Source: a virus. From it: a stretch of DNA of 45,170 nt. Each line of letters starts with the position of its first letter. The first letter of the stretch is position 1. The position numbers and the translations under genes are program-made. A model generated the notes under the pieces. That model was not told where the DNA came from, searched no databases, and saw only the letters and a program-made list of their open reading frames with translations. This document shows positions 1-11,494 of this stretch, piece after piece. The DNA lies in IMG/VR virus record IMGVR_UViG_3300010218_000015, positions 1-45,170 of that record. One strand, written 5' to 3'.

Positions 1-55
1 CGCGGTTCCTGCACATCTCGTACTCCGACGACCTTGCGCTGCTCAACAGCGAGAC
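1..55. repeat. Terminal overlap: nt 1-55 are identical to nt 45116-45170 (circular closure of the contig)
   Basis: Direct comparison of both ends. cgcggttcctgcacatctcgtactccgacgaccttgcgctgctcaacagcgagac is present at both termini and lies inside one continuous ORF. Confidence 0.95.
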
Positions 56-1244
56 GGCGCGGGAGATTGTCGGGTCCGACGAGTATCAGGCGCTGTGGCC
101 GCTGGCCATTGCCGACGATGCCAAGTCGAAGAAGCGCTGGAACGTCATCGCTGACGGCAAGAAGGCGGGCGGCGTGTACGCCGTATCGCTGGGTGGCCAG
201 ATCACCGGCTTCCGCGCTGGCCACATGGCCGAAGGATGGCAGGGCGCGATCATCATCGACGATCCGCTGAAGGTTGAGGACGCGTACAGCAAGACGAACC
301 GCGACAAGGCGAACCGGAAGCTGGTCTCTACGGTGAAGAGCCGGAAGGCCAACCCGGACACGCCGATCATCGTGATCATGCAGCGGCTGGCCGAGGAAGA
401 CCCGACGGGCTTCATCAAAGCCGGGAAGGTGCCGGGCGAATGGGAGTTCGTGGAAATCCCGGCTCTGATCACTGATGAGTACGTCGAGCGGCTTCCGGAG
501 CGCGTTCGCGCCCTGGTAGAGCGGCCAGAGACCGACGCGGACGGACGCTTCAGCTACTGGCCGTACAAGGAACCGCTCGCCGACATGCTCGAGATGGAGC
601 GGGCCGACAGGTACGTGTTTAGCGGCCAGTACATGCAGCGCCCCAGCCCGCTGGGCGGCGGCATCATCAAGAGCGCCAATTTCGGCCGGTACGCGGTGCC
701 GCCGGAGTTTCACAAGCGCGTCATCTACGCCGACACGGCGCAAAAGACGGCCGAGCGGAACGACTACAGCGTGTTCCAGTGCTGGGGGCACGGCAAGGAC
801 GGGCGTGTCTACCTCCTGGATCAGATCCGCGGGAAGTGGCCGGCACCCGAACTGCGCCAGAAGGCCATCGACTTCTGGAACAAGCACCTGCCATACGACA
901 TGCATTTCGGCGCGCCGCTGGTGCGCATGATGATCGAGGACAAGGCCAGCGGCACCGGCCTCATCCAGGACATCCACGCGTCTGGAAGCATTCCTGTCGC
1001 GGGTATCGAGCGCCACCGCGACAAGCTGACGCGCGTGATGGACGTGGTCAGCTACATCGACGCCGGCCTGGTTTGCATCCCTGCGGACGCGCCGTGGGTC
1101 AGCGACTTCACCAACGAGTGCGACGCATTCACTCCTGACGACACACACGCGCACGACGACCAGATCGATCCGATGGTCGACGCGATCAACGACATGCTGG
1201 CCGGCGGCCGGACGATGGACATCTGGACGAAGCTCGCACAATGA
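1..1244 (+). CDS. terL: Terminase large subunit, C-terminal part (continues from 44818-45170 across the circular junction)
   Basis: The frame is open from nt 3 ([23 protein letters not shown]...), upstream of the first Met listed in the ORF track (174). Walker-B-like [10 protein letters not shown] is present, followed by a nuclease-like C-terminal half. The stop overlaps the next start (ATGA at 1241-1244). Confidence 0.9.
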   Translation, partial: RFLHISYSDDLALLNSETAREIVGSDEYQALWPLAIADDAKSKKRWNVIADGKKAGGVYAVSLGGQITGFRAGHMAEGWQGAIIIDDPLKVEDAYSKTNRDKANRKLVSTVKSRKANPDTPIIVIMQRLAEEDPTGFIKAGKVPGEWEFVEIPALITDEYVERLPERVRALVERPETDADGRFSYWPYKEPLADMLEMERADRYVFSGQYMQRPSPLGGGIIKSANFGRYAVPPEFHKRVIYADTAQKTAERNDYSVFQCWGHGKDGRVYLLDQIRGKWPAPELRQKAIDFWNKHLPYDMHFGAPLVRMMIEDKASGTGLIQDIHASGSIPVAGIERHRDKLTRVMDVVSYIDAGLVCIPADAPWVSDFTNECDAFTPDDTHAHDDQIDPMVDAINDMLAGGRTMDIWTKLAQ

Positions 1245-2812
1245 ACCGCAAACAACGCAAAGCCGAGGTCCGGCAGCACCGGACCAACGTGGCGTTGTCC
1301 GCCAGCGCAAAGCGCTACGTCGCGGGCGACAGCTTCCAGAACTTCGAGGCGCGCGTCGGCCTGGGCACGAACAACCAGGCCGGCCAGTACAACTACGGCT
1401 TTGACTTCATCTCGCGCAACCGCGTGCAGATGGAGGCCATGTACCGCTCATCGTGGGTTGTCGGGCAGGCCGTGGATGTGGTTGCTGACGACATGACCCG
1501 GGCCGGCGTCGACATCGATGCCGAGCTCGACCCGGGTGATCGCGACAAGCTGACCGCTGGCTTCGAGCGCATGGCGCTGTGGGATCGCGTCAACGACACG
1601 ATCAAGTGGGCGCGACTGTACGGCGGCGCGCTGGCAGTGATGCTGATCGACGGGCAAGACCCGCGCACGCCGCTCCGACCGGATTCCATTGGCCGCGACC
1701 AGTTCAAGGGTCTGTTCGTCCTGGACCGCTGGCTGGTGCAGCCGACGCTCAATGACCTGGTGACCGAGATGGGCCCGGACATGGGCATGCCGCGCTACTA
1801 CGACGTGGTGGCCGACAGCATGGCTCTTCCGCGCCAGCGCATCCACTACAGCCGGGTGCTGCGGATCGACGGCGTCGAGCTGCCGTACTGGCAGAAGATC
1901 GCGGAGAACCTGTGGGGCCAATCGGTCATCGAGCGGCTGATTGATCGGCTGGTCGCCTTCGACAGCACGACGGTTGGCGCGGCTCAGCTGGTCTACAAGG
2001 CCCATCTGCGCACGCTCAAGATCGAGAAGCTGCGCGAAATCATTGCCATGGGCGGCCCGGCGCTGGAAGCGCTCGGCAAGAACGTTGACATGATCCGCCG
2101 CTTCCAGTCGAACGAGGGCATGACCCTCATCGACGCCGCGGACGAGATGCAGGTCGATTCCTACCAGTTCTCGGGGCTCGACAACGTCCTGATGCAGTTC
2201 GGACAGCAGCTTTCCGGGGCCCTGCAGATCCCTCTGGTGCGCCTGTTCGGACAATCGCCGGCCGGGCTGAACTCGACGGGCGAGAGCGACCTGCGCACGT
2301 ACTACGACAACATCAAGCAGCAGCAAGAGCGGCGCCTGCGCAGCCCTATGACGCGGCTGTTTGATGTGCTGCTGCGCTCGGAACTTGGCACCAAGCCGCC
2401 CGAGGGCTTCGCTTACAGCTTCACGTCGCTCTGGCAACTGTCCGACACCGAGAAGGCGAACAACGCCAAGACGACGACCGATGCCGTGGTGACAGCGCTG
2501 GACGCGGGCCTGATCGACACGTCGACGGCCATGAAGGAACTGCGGCACTCGAGCCACAGCACCGGCGTCTTCACCAGCATCACCGACGACCAGATCGAGG
2601 AAGCGGAGAACGAGCCGCCGCCGGCCGCTGAAACGGAACTGCCCAATGCTGATGACCCGAACGACCGACCGCCGCAAGAAGCCGGTAAGCCGGGTGAAGA
2701 CCAGCGGCGCGGAAAGGCTGTATCGGACGCAGCTACGGCAGGTCGCAAAGCAGGTGGGCGCGTTGGTCAATGGTTTTCCGCCTGGCGATCCCGCAGTCGT
2801 TCCGACGATTGA
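1241..2812 (+). CDS. Portal protein (DUF1073-like)
   Basis: A 523-aa ORF directly after terL with a 4-nt overlap. Size, position and an acidic/Pro-rich C-terminal tail are typical of portals. Family recalled from memory, not searched. Confidence 0.75.
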   Translation: MNRKQRKAEVRQHRTNVALSASAKRYVAGDSFQNFEARVGLGTNNQAGQYNYGFDFISRNRVQMEAMYRSSWVVGQAVDVVADDMTRAGVDIDAELDPGDRDKLTAGFERMALWDRVNDTIKWARLYGGALAVMLIDGQDPRTPLRPDSIGRDQFKGLFVLDRWLVQPTLNDLVTEMGPDMGMPRYYDVVADSMALPRQRIHYSRVLRIDGVELPYWQKIAENLWGQSVIERLIDRLVAFDSTTVGAAQLVYKAHLRTLKIEKLREIIAMGGPALEALGKNVDMIRRFQSNEGMTLIDAADEMQVDSYQFSGLDNVLMQFGQQLSGALQIPLVRLFGQSPAGLNSTGESDLRTYYDNIKQQQERRLRSPMTRLFDVLLRSELGTKPPEGFAYSFTSLWQLSDTEKANNAKTTTDAVVTALDAGLIDTSTAMKELRHSSHSTGVFTSITDDQIEEAENEPPPAAETELPNADDPNDRPPQEAGKPGEDQRRGKAVSDAATAGRKAGGRVGQWFSAWRSRSRSDD

Positions 2813-3395
2813 GCAGCTCCTGCGGCGGTATGCCGAAGCCCTGACACCATGGGCCGAGGCGACTGCCGCGCGGATGCTCGCTGATGTCGAGCGGCGCGAC
2901 GCGCAGGCGTGGATGGCACAAGCGCAGGAGATGTCGCGATCCATCCAGATGGAACTGCGCACGGCGCCGACCGGCGAAACCATGCGCGCGCTGATGGCCG
3001 AACAGGTCGGGCTGATCAAGTCAATCCCGATCGAGGCGGCCGAGCGTGTCCACCGCCTGACGATCGAGGGACTGGAAGACGGTGGCCGCGCGCGCGAGAT
3101 CTCCAAAGCGATTCAGGAATCGGGCGACGTGGCCAAAAGCCGGGCCGACCTGATCGCCCGCACCGAGGTGACGCGCACTGCCACCGCGCTGACGCAGGCT
3201 CGCGCCGAGCACATCGGCTCGTCCGGCTACATCTGGCGGACGTCCGGTGACGGCGACGTGCGCGAGTCGCACCGAAAGATGAATGGCCAGTTCGTGGCGT
3301 GGGACAAGCCGCCCGAGCTGGACGGCATGACCGGCCACGCTGGCCAGTTTCCGAACTGCCGCTGCTACCCGGAACCAGTGATTCCCGAGGATTGA
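2646..3395 (+). CDS. Head morphogenesis protein (Mu F / SPP1 gp7-like minor head protein)
   Basis: C-terminal motifs RTEVTRTATALTQARAEH...YIWRTSGDGDVRESHRKMNGQ...FPNCRCYP are typical of the Mu F domain. ATG 2646 overlaps the portal ORF by 167 nt; an alternative in-frame GTG lies at 2694. Confidence 0.8.
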   Translation: MLMTRTTDRRKKPVSRVKTSGAERLYRTQLRQVAKQVGALVNGFPPGDPAVVPTIEQLLRRYAEALTPWAEATAARMLADVERRDAQAWMAQAQEMSRSIQMELRTAPTGETMRALMAEQVGLIKSIPIEAAERVHRLTIEGLEDGGRAREISKAIQESGDVAKSRADLIARTEVTRTATALTQARAEHIGSSGYIWRTSGDGDVRESHRKMNGQFVAWDKPPELDGMTGHAGQFPNCRCYPEPVIPED

Positions 3396-3397
3396 AC

Positions 3398-4705
3398 ATG
3401 CGCTTCTACACCGTGCAGAAGCTTGGCCCAAAGCGCTCTCTGACGCCCGAAGGCTTCCTGCTCTGCGAGGAGGTGCCCGTCGCGCGCACCGGCGAGATGA
3501 TCTACGGCCCCGGCGAGGTGCCCGTGGAGCCCGGCCCGGATGGACTCATCCGCATCAGCCGCACGCCTGACGAGGTGTTCCGTCCCGAGACGCTGGCCAG
3601 CTGCATCGGCAAGCCGGTGACGCTGGATCACCCCGAGGACTTCGTCACGCCGGCCAACTTCGCCGCGCTGGGAAAGGGCTCGATGCTGAACTTGCGTCGC
3701 GGCTCCGGCATCGAGGACGACCTACTGATCGCCGACCTGTTGATCACCGATCAGGCTGCCATCGACGCGATCCAGGACGACGGCATCGAAGAAGTCAGCC
3801 TCGGCTACGAGGCCGACTACGAACAGGTATCACCCGGGCGCGGGGTACAGCGCAACATCGTTGTCAACCACGTAGCCCTGGTGGAGCGCGGCCGCTGCGG
3901 CCCACGTTGCGCCATTGGCGATAAGGAACCCGAAGAGATGAAGACCAAAGACAGCAAGCCCAAGGGCAAGCGCAGCTTCGCAGACCGCCTGCGCGCTGCC
4001 TTCATGGCCAAGGACGCCGAATCGGCCGAGGAACTCGCCAAGGAAGCAGAGGCCATGGACGAGGAATCCGAGGAAGAGCGCAAGGAGCGCGAGGCCAAGG
4101 AGAAGGAAGGCAAGACCGGCGACGCCCTGGCGCAAATCCTCCAGACCGTGAAGGCGCTGGATGCGCGCATGGCGAAGATCGAGGCACGCGACGCCGAGAA
4201 GGAGCCGGACGACGACGATGACGACGACGGCAAGAAAAAGACTGGCGACGAGGGCGATCTGACCGAGGCCGAAACGGCCGGCAAGCTCAATCAGTCCGAG
4301 GTCGATCTGTACACCGGCGACGCCGCCGCCAGCATCCCGTCGCGCGCCGAGATCCTCGCGCCGGGCATCAAGCTGCCGACGCTGGACGCCAAGATGGCGA
4401 CCGCTGACCGTGCTGCCGCACTGTGCAAGTGCCAGCGCAAGGCTCTGGACTTGGCCTACAAGACCGACGCTGGCCGCGCCGCCATCACGCCGTTCCTTGG
4501 TGGACTGACGGCCGATTTCGAGCGCCTGCCGGCCGCCCTCGTGCACGCCGCCTTCATGGGTGCCAGCGAGATGGTCAAGGCGCAGAACAACGGCGCGACG
4601 TCGAAGACGGGCATCACGACCAAGGACTTCGGCAAGGCCCGCACCGTGGCCGACATCAACGCGGCGAACCGCAAATTCTGGGACCGCCAAGGTTCCACCA
4701 ACTAA
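3398..4705 (+). CDS. Putative scaffold/prohead protease-like protein (DUF2213-like)
   Basis: The likely start is ATG 3398 (MRFYTVQKLGPKRSLTPEGFLLCEEVPVARTG...), preceded by GAGGA. A central highly charged region (EEMKTKDSKPKGK..., DDDDDDDGKKK) is scaffold-like. It lies between the portal/MuF genes and the capsid gene. Confidence 0.6.
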   Translation: MRFYTVQKLGPKRSLTPEGFLLCEEVPVARTGEMIYGPGEVPVEPGPDGLIRISRTPDEVFRPETLASCIGKPVTLDHPEDFVTPANFAALGKGSMLNLRRGSGIEDDLLIADLLITDQAAIDAIQDDGIEEVSLGYEADYEQVSPGRGVQRNIVVNHVALVERGRCGPRCAIGDKEPEEMKTKDSKPKGKRSFADRLRAAFMAKDAESAEELAKEAEAMDEESEEERKEREAKEKEGKTGDALAQILQTVKALDARMAKIEARDAEKEPDDDDDDDGKKKTGDEGDLTEAETAGKLNQSEVDLYTGDAAASIPSRAEILAPGIKLPTLDAKMATADRAAALCKCQRKALDLAYKTDAGRAAITPFLGGLTADFERLPAALVHAAFMGASEMVKAQNNGATSKTGITTKDFGKARTVADINAANRKFWDRQGSTN

Positions 4706-4717
4706 GGAGTCCCGTAC

Positions 4718-5206
4718 ATGGGCAACGCATACCTGTATCGCATGCCTTCGGGCATTCCCGGTGATGTCTCGCGTCCGTCGCAAGCCACCATCGAGCCGGG
4801 CATCTTCGACTCGAGCTTCCCGTTCGCGTCGTACGGCATTCCGGTCAAGAAGGTCAACGGCAAGATTCGCCCGGTGGCATCCGGTGACGCCGCCACGGTG
4901 ATCATCGGCCTGCTGGTGCGCCCGTTCCCGACGCGCAGCAGCCAAGACCCGATCGGCACCTCGACCCCGCCGACCACCGGTGTGGGTGACGTCATGCGCC
5001 GCGGCTACATGACCGTGCAATGCAACGCCGGCACCCCGGCCGATGGCGGCGCGGTGTACGTCCGTGTTGCTGCAGCGTCGGGCGCCAAGGTGATCGGCGG
5101 CATCGAGGCCGCAGCCGACGGCACCAACACTGTCGTCATGGCCGGTGCGGCGTTCCGCAATGCCGGCGACGCCAGCGGCAACGTCGAAATCGAGTTCAAC
5201 CTGTAA
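4718..5206 (+). CDS. Hypothetical virion structural protein (possible head decoration/cement-like protein)
   Basis: A 162-aa ORF with a strong RBS (AAGGAG 8 nt upstream). It sits between the scaffold-like and major capsid genes. Third-codon positions are strongly G/C. Confidence 0.55.
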   Translation: MGNAYLYRMPSGIPGDVSRPSQATIEPGIFDSSFPFASYGIPVKKVNGKIRPVASGDAATVIIGLLVRPFPTRSSQDPIGTSTPPTTGVGDVMRRGYMTVQCNAGTPADGGAVYVRVAAASGAKVIGGIEAAADGTNTVVMAGAAFRNAGDASGNVEIEFNL

Positions 5207-5219
5207 GGGGCCATTCAGA

Positions 5220-6257
5220 ATGAGCAAACACAATCAATCGCTGATCGCGGCCGCTGCAGGCATTGCCATTGCCGGCGCGCCCGCCATCATCCGCGCGCGT
5301 ACGCGCGACAACATGCTGACGTTCGACAGCCGTACGATCGACAGCACGGGCTCGTTCCTGATCGGTGAACTGGAACGCCTCGACCAGACGCTGCACATGC
5401 CGCTGGCGTCGGTCACCTGGTCTCGCGACATCGATCTGCGCGAGGACGTGTCGATCGCCGACGAAACGTCGTCGTTCACCAACTCGAGCTTCGCCGCCGC
5501 CGGCGGCGCATCGCCGAATGGCAAGTCCTGGATCGGCAAGGACGCCAACGCCATCGCCGGCATTGCGCTGGACATCGGCAAGACGGCCAACCCGCTGACC
5601 CTGTGGGGCATGCAGATCGGTTGGACGATCCCCGAGCTGGAATCGGCCCAAAAGCTGGGCCGCCCGGTGGATCAGCAGAAGTTCGCCGGCATGCAGCTCA
5701 AGCACAACATGGACGTCGATGAGCAGGTGTACATCGGCGATTCGGTGCTGGGCGTGACGGGCCTGGTGAACAATGCCGCCGTCACCAACCTGTCGAACGC
5801 TTTGACCGGCAACTGGAGCACCGCCACGCCGGATCAGATCCTGGCCGACGTCAACGAGCTGCTCACCAGCGTGTGGGCTGCGTCGGGTTACGCCTACTGC
5901 CCGGCAGAACTCCGTCTGCCGCCCGCGAAGTTCGGCCTGCTCGTCAGCATGAAGGTGTCCAGCGCCGGCAACATCAGCGTGCTGGAATACCTGAAGCAAA
6001 ACACGATCTCGAACTCGATCAACGGCCGCCCGCTGAACATCCAGCCGCTGAAGTGGCTGTATCAGCGCGGCACGGCCAACGCCGACCGCATGATGGCGTA
6101 CACCAAGGAGCAGGACAAGGTCCGCTTCCCGATGGTGCCGCTGCAGCGCACGCCGCTCGAGTATCGCGACATCCGCCAGCTCACCACGTACTTCGGACGC
6201 CTGGGTGTGGTTGAAGTGGTGTACCCCGAGCTGATCGGTTACCGCGACGGGATCTAA
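5220..6257 (+). CDS. Major capsid protein (DUF2184-like)
   Basis: The likely start is ATG 5220 (MSKHNQSLIAAAAG...), after AAGGGG. The ~345-aa size and position fit a capsid protein. The sequence character matches the DUF2184 family, recalled from memory. Confidence 0.75.
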   Translation: MSKHNQSLIAAAAGIAIAGAPAIIRARTRDNMLTFDSRTIDSTGSFLIGELERLDQTLHMPLASVTWSRDIDLREDVSIADETSSFTNSSFAAAGGASPNGKSWIGKDANAIAGIALDIGKTANPLTLWGMQIGWTIPELESAQKLGRPVDQQKFAGMQLKHNMDVDEQVYIGDSVLGVTGLVNNAAVTNLSNALTGNWSTATPDQILADVNELLTSVWAASGYAYCPAELRLPPAKFGLLVSMKVSSAGNISVLEYLKQNTISNSINGRPLNIQPLKWLYQRGTANADRMMAYTKEQDKVRFPMVPLQRTPLEYRDIRQLTTYFGRLGVVEVVYPELIGYRDGI

Positions 6258-6267
6258 GGAGAGCGGC

Positions 6268-6609
6268 ATGCCGAAGATCTACGTCAAGAAGGCGTTCAAG
6301 CTCCAGCACAACGGCGAGGTGCTCGACTTCCCGGTCGGGAACCACACCGTCGACAAGGAAGTCGCCGAGCACTGGTTCGTGAAGGCGCACACCGGCGAAG
6401 AGCCGGCCGTCGATCCGGACTCCGCCGCGGCTGCTGACGAGTTGCTGGCCGAACTCGATGCGAAAGCGAAGGGCCTGCAGGAACTGGCCGATAAGCTCGC
6501 CGAGCGCGAGAAGGCTGCGGACAAGCGCGACGCCGAGCTGGCGGCGCGTGAGGCTGCAGTTGCCGAGCGCGAGAAGGCTGCGGACGCAAAGCAGCCCAAC
6601 AAGAAGTAA
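6268..6609 (+). CDS. Hypothetical protein with a coiled-coil C-terminus (internal AEREKAAD duplication)
   Basis: RBS AAGGAGAG. A 24-bp perfect direct repeat (6499-6522 and 6562-6585) encodes the repeated AEREKAAD. A stem-loop follows at 6616-6635 (agatgccc ttcg gggcatct). Confidence 0.7.
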   Translation: MPKIYVKKAFKLQHNGEVLDFPVGNHTVDKEVAEHWFVKAHTGEEPAVDPDSAAAADELLAELDAKAKGLQELADKLAEREKAADKRDAELAAREAAVAEREKAADAKQPNKK

Positions 6610-6646
6610 GGGGTAAGATGCCCTTCGGGGCATCTCCCGAACGATC

Positions 6647-7030
6647 ATGACGCCAGCCGACTTTCGCACCATCTTTCCCGAGTTCACGGACCCGGCGAAG
6701 TACACCGATGCATCCATTGAGTTCTGGATGGGCATCGCAGCGTCGCTCGTGAACCCAGATCGATGGGGCGTACTGACGGATCAGGGGATCGCTCTCGTCA
6801 CGGCTCACCACCTCGTTCTGGCGCAGCGCGACCAGGCGACCGCCGGGGTCGGCGGCGCGCCCGGCGAGGTGAAAGGGCCGACGGCATCCAAGTCGGTCGA
6901 CAAGGTGTCCGTGTCCTACGACACGGGCGCCGTCGCGCTTTCCGACGCCGGATTCTGGAACCTGACCACGTATGGCGTCCGGTTCATGACGATTGCCCGC
7001 GCGATGGGCGCCGGAGGCATGCAGCTATGA
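6647..7030 (+). CDS. Head-tail connector / head completion protein (DUF4054-like)
   Basis: The N-terminus MTPADFRTIFPEFTDPAKYTDASIEFWMGIA resembles DUF4054 proteins, which sit downstream of capsid genes. Confidence 0.6.
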   Translation: MTPADFRTIFPEFTDPAKYTDASIEFWMGIAASLVNPDRWGVLTDQGIALVTAHHLVLAQRDQATAGVGGAPGEVKGPTASKSVDKVSVSYDTGAVALSDAGFWNLTTYGVRFMTIARAMGAGGMQL

Positions 7031-7560
7031 CCGTCAAGATGACCGTCGACAAGCTGGGCGCGGTCATCAAGTCGATCAGCGATCTGGCAGCCAAGGAGGT
7101 GCTTGTTGGCGTACCCGAGGCGGGCGGCGAGCGCCGGGACGACGAGCCCATCAACAACGCGGCGATCGGCTACATCATGGAGACCGGTTCGCCCGTGAAC
7201 AACATCCCGGCGCGGTCTCATCTGGTGCCAGGGATCAAGGACGCGCAGGCGCCGATAGCTGATGCTCTGGGCGGTGGCGTAACCGCCGCCCTGTCGGGCC
7301 AGGCGCCGGGCGTCATCAAGGCGCTGAACAAGGCCGGGATCATCGGCCAGAACGCAGTGCGCGCGAAGATCACCGAAGGGCCGTTCGTGCCGCTGGCGGA
7401 GGCAACGCTGCGTGCGCGGGCGCGTCGCGGTCGCGCCGGAGCAGATAAGGAATTGGCCAGCCGGGCCGCCGGCAACGCGCCGGACAACAGCAACGCGAAA
7501 CCGCTTATCGACACCGGGCAATATCGCCAGTCGATCACCTATGTGGTGAGGGACAAGTAA
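7027..7560 (+). CDS. Putative neck / head-tail joining protein (HK97 gp10-like)
   Basis: ATG 7027 overlaps the upstream stop (ATGA). The ORF-track start at 6763 gives an Arg-rich out-of-context extension, so the shorter form MTVKMTVDKLGAV... is preferred. Confidence 0.55.
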   Translation: MTVKMTVDKLGAVIKSISDLAAKEVLVGVPEAGGERRDDEPINNAAIGYIMETGSPVNNIPARSHLVPGIKDAQAPIADALGGGVTAALSGQAPGVIKALNKAGIIGQNAVRAKITEGPFVPLAEATLRARARRGRAGADKELASRAAGNAPDNSNAKPLIDTGQYRQSITYVVRDK

Positions 7561-7931
7561 TGCCGTTTCTCGACGTCACCGACGTACTGCTTGACCCGGA
7601 CTTCCTGGACACGACGCTGAGCGTTACGCGCAATGCGCAGACGGTCACCGATGGCGGGATCGCGGTGGATACGCCGACGACCACATCCTTCTATGGTGTG
7701 GTGACCAGCCTGAACGGCTCGGTGCTGCAGCGCGTCGCGGAAGGCGAGCACATCGAGGACACCATCACCATTCACACGCCATACAGGCTCATCGCCGGCC
7801 AAGCGGGTTACGACGCTGACGTCGTGAACTGGCAAGGCCGACAGTGGACGGTGACGAACGTGAACGACTACAGCACGTACGGTCGTGGATTTGTCGCGGC
7901 GACGTGCACCATGAAGCAACTCTCGGGATAA
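7560..7931 (+). CDS. Putative neck/head-closure protein
   Basis: TAATG start/stop overlap with the upstream gene, and GAGGGA as RBS. A 123-aa ORF in the neck gene block. Confidence 0.5.
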   Translation: MPFLDVTDVLLDPDFLDTTLSVTRNAQTVTDGGIAVDTPTTTSFYGVVTSLNGSVLQRVAEGEHIEDTITIHTPYRLIAGQAGYDADVVNWQGRQWTVTNVNDYSTYGRGFVAATCTMKQLSG

Positions 7932-7934
7932 GCG

Positions 7935-8516
7935 ATGAACGACAGCTCGACCGGCGGATACCTTGCGCCCGCTGTCGCGACGCCGCCGCTTGAGGACGCC
8001 GCCCTTGATGCGGTGTTTCAGCAGCTGATTGTCGGTGTGACGGGCTTGCCCGGCCAGATGGTGCGGCCGCGCTGGCAGACGACGGTGCCGAAGCAGCCTG
8101 AGCCATCGACGAACTGGTGCGCCCTAGGCATTTCGGCACAACCGTTGGACGCCGGGCCGGCCATAGCGCACAACCCGTCTGGCGATGGTTCCGACACGTA
8201 CATCAGGCACCAGACCATCGATGTCCTGGCTACGTTCTACGGTCCGAACTCGATGCAGTACGCACAGCTGCTGCTCGACGGGCTTGCGATCCCGCAGAAC
8301 CTGGAGCAGCTGAAGACGAACGACATCCAGTCCGTGAGCGAGGGCGACATGCGCGCTGTTCCCGAATTGGTGAACCAGCAGTGGATTCGTCGGTATGACG
8401 TGACGTTGGTCTTCCGGCGGAAGATCATGCGCACGTATCAGGTGCTCAACCTTCTGTCGGCCGGCGCGACGATCGAGACGCCAGCCGTGACGACGCCAGT
8501 CAGCGTTACGCAGTAA
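7935..8516 (+). CDS. Putative neck/tail terminator-like protein
   Basis: A 193-aa ORF, the last gene before the sheath gene. It is followed by an intrinsic terminator-like hairpin. Confidence 0.5.
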   Translation: MNDSSTGGYLAPAVATPPLEDAALDAVFQQLIVGVTGLPGQMVRPRWQTTVPKQPEPSTNWCALGISAQPLDAGPAIAHNPSGDGSDTYIRHQTIDVLATFYGPNSMQYAQLLLDGLAIPQNLEQLKTNDIQSVSEGDMRAVPELVNQQWIRRYDVTLVFRRKIMRTYQVLNLLSAGATIETPAVTTPVSVTQ

Positions 8517-8523
8517 CCCCTGA

Positions 8524-10395
<1,872 letters not shown>

Positions 10396-10403
10396 GGTGA
10401 ACC

Positions 10404-10844
10404 ATGCCCGCGTATAGCTTCAAAGACGTTTCGGTCTCGCTCGTCGGCCCGACTGGCTCTCTCTCCCTCGGCTACGGCAATGCTGTGGCCGAGGAGGGTG
10501 TCGATGTCAACGCCGCCGGCGACAAGAACACCATGACGGTGGGCTCGGACGGCGAAGGCATGCACAGCCTGCATGCCGACAAGTCCGGCCAGATCACCAT
10601 CCGGCTGCTCAAGACGAGCCCGCAGAACCAGAAGCTGATGGCCATGTACGACGCCCAGGCCATCAGCGCCTCGCTGTGGGGCAAGAACATCATCACGATC
10701 ACGAACACCGCTGCGGCTGACCTTCACGTCGGACGCGAGTGCGCGTTCAAGAAGAAGCCCGACCTGAAATACGCCAAGGATGGCGACATCGTGTCGTGGG
10801 TCTTCGACGCCGTGAAGATCGACTCGGTGCTGGGCACCTACTGA
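10404..10844 (+). CDS. Tail tube protein (DUF3277-like)
   Basis: A 146-aa ORF directly after the sheath gene, with RBS AAGGTGA. The sequence MPAYSFKDVSVSLVGPTGSLSLGYG... resembles the DUF3277 tube family. Confidence 0.7.
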   Translation: MPAYSFKDVSVSLVGPTGSLSLGYGNAVAEEGVDVNAAGDKNTMTVGSDGEGMHSLHADKSGQITIRLLKTSPQNQKLMAMYDAQAISASLWGKNIITITNTAAADLHVGRECAFKKKPDLKYAKDGDIVSWVFDAVKIDSVLGTY

Positions 10845-10856
10845 CCGGAGCCTTAG

Positions 10857-11303
10857 ATGCAGACGATCGAATTTGAGATCGGCGGCCAGAAGTACCGCGC
10901 AGCCAAGCTGGACACGTTCAAGCAGTTACACGTGTCCCGCAAGGTGGGCCCGGTGCTTCCTAAGCTGCTGCCGGTCTTCCTGCAGTTCACCAAGTCGGCC
11001 AAGGATGGCGCGCCGGCGGATGACCTGACGGCCGTCGCGGCCGCGGTCGAGCCGCTGACGCAGGCGCTGGCGGATATGCCAGACGTCGATTTCGAGTACG
11101 TGGTGAACACGTGCTTGGCGGTGGTGCAGCGCAACCAGATGAACAACTGGGCTCCGGTGTATAGCGCTGGCGGTGGCCTGATGTTCGACGACATCGATCT
11201 CGGCGCCACTGTGCAACTCGTCGCCAAAGTCATCTGGTACAGCCTGGGCCCTTTCTTGTCCGGGTTCCTCGCGAACGCTCAACCGACGAACCCGACGGCA
11301 TAG
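10857..11303 (+). CDS. Tail assembly chaperone (short, in-frame product)
   Basis: A 148-aa ORF between the tube and tape measure genes, which is the conserved chaperone position. Confidence 0.65.
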   Translation: MQTIEFEIGGQKYRAAKLDTFKQLHVSRKVGPVLPKLLPVFLQFTKSAKDGAPADDLTAVAAAVEPLTQALADMPDVDFEYVVNTCLAVVQRNQMNNWAPVYSAGGGLMFDDIDLGATVQLVAKVIWYSLGPFLSGFLANAQPTNPTA

Positions 11304-11494
11304 CCTGGGCGTCTCTGCCTGACGGTATCGACTGGCTAATGCGGCCGGTCGTGAGCGGCATGTGCCGGTACGAAAGCCTCAAAGACGGCACCATCGACCT
11401 CGCAGACATTGCGCTGATGAACGAGGCGCTCGACGTGAAGGCAGAAAACACTCAACTCGCCCACCGACTCGCAGAGCAAAAGAATGGCCAGTAA
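10857..11494 (+). CDS. Tail assembly chaperone, predicted -1 frameshift product (slip at CCCTTTC, 11249-11255)
   Basis: The -1 frame is open from 11165 to TAA 11492-11494 with no good upstream start. The heptamer C CCT TTC fits X XXY YYZ in the zero frame. The extension encodes ...DGIDWLMRPVVSGMCRYESLKDGTIDLADIALMNEALDV... and ends 11 nt inside the tape measure gene. Confidence 0.55.

Noticed and set aside
1-55. The 55-nt terminal repeat as a biological direct terminal repeat or cos end
   Set aside because: It lies in the middle of the terL reading frame and its length equals a common assembler k-mer. True packaging termini cannot be read from this sequence alone.
1448-6269. Long minus-strand ORFs (1448-3106, 3830-5233, 5196-6269) opposite the portal, scaffold and capsid genes
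   Set aside because: They are shadow ORFs with Arg/His/Gly/Ala-rich low-complexity translations. The + strand genes show start/stop coupling, RBSs and recognisable family motifs.
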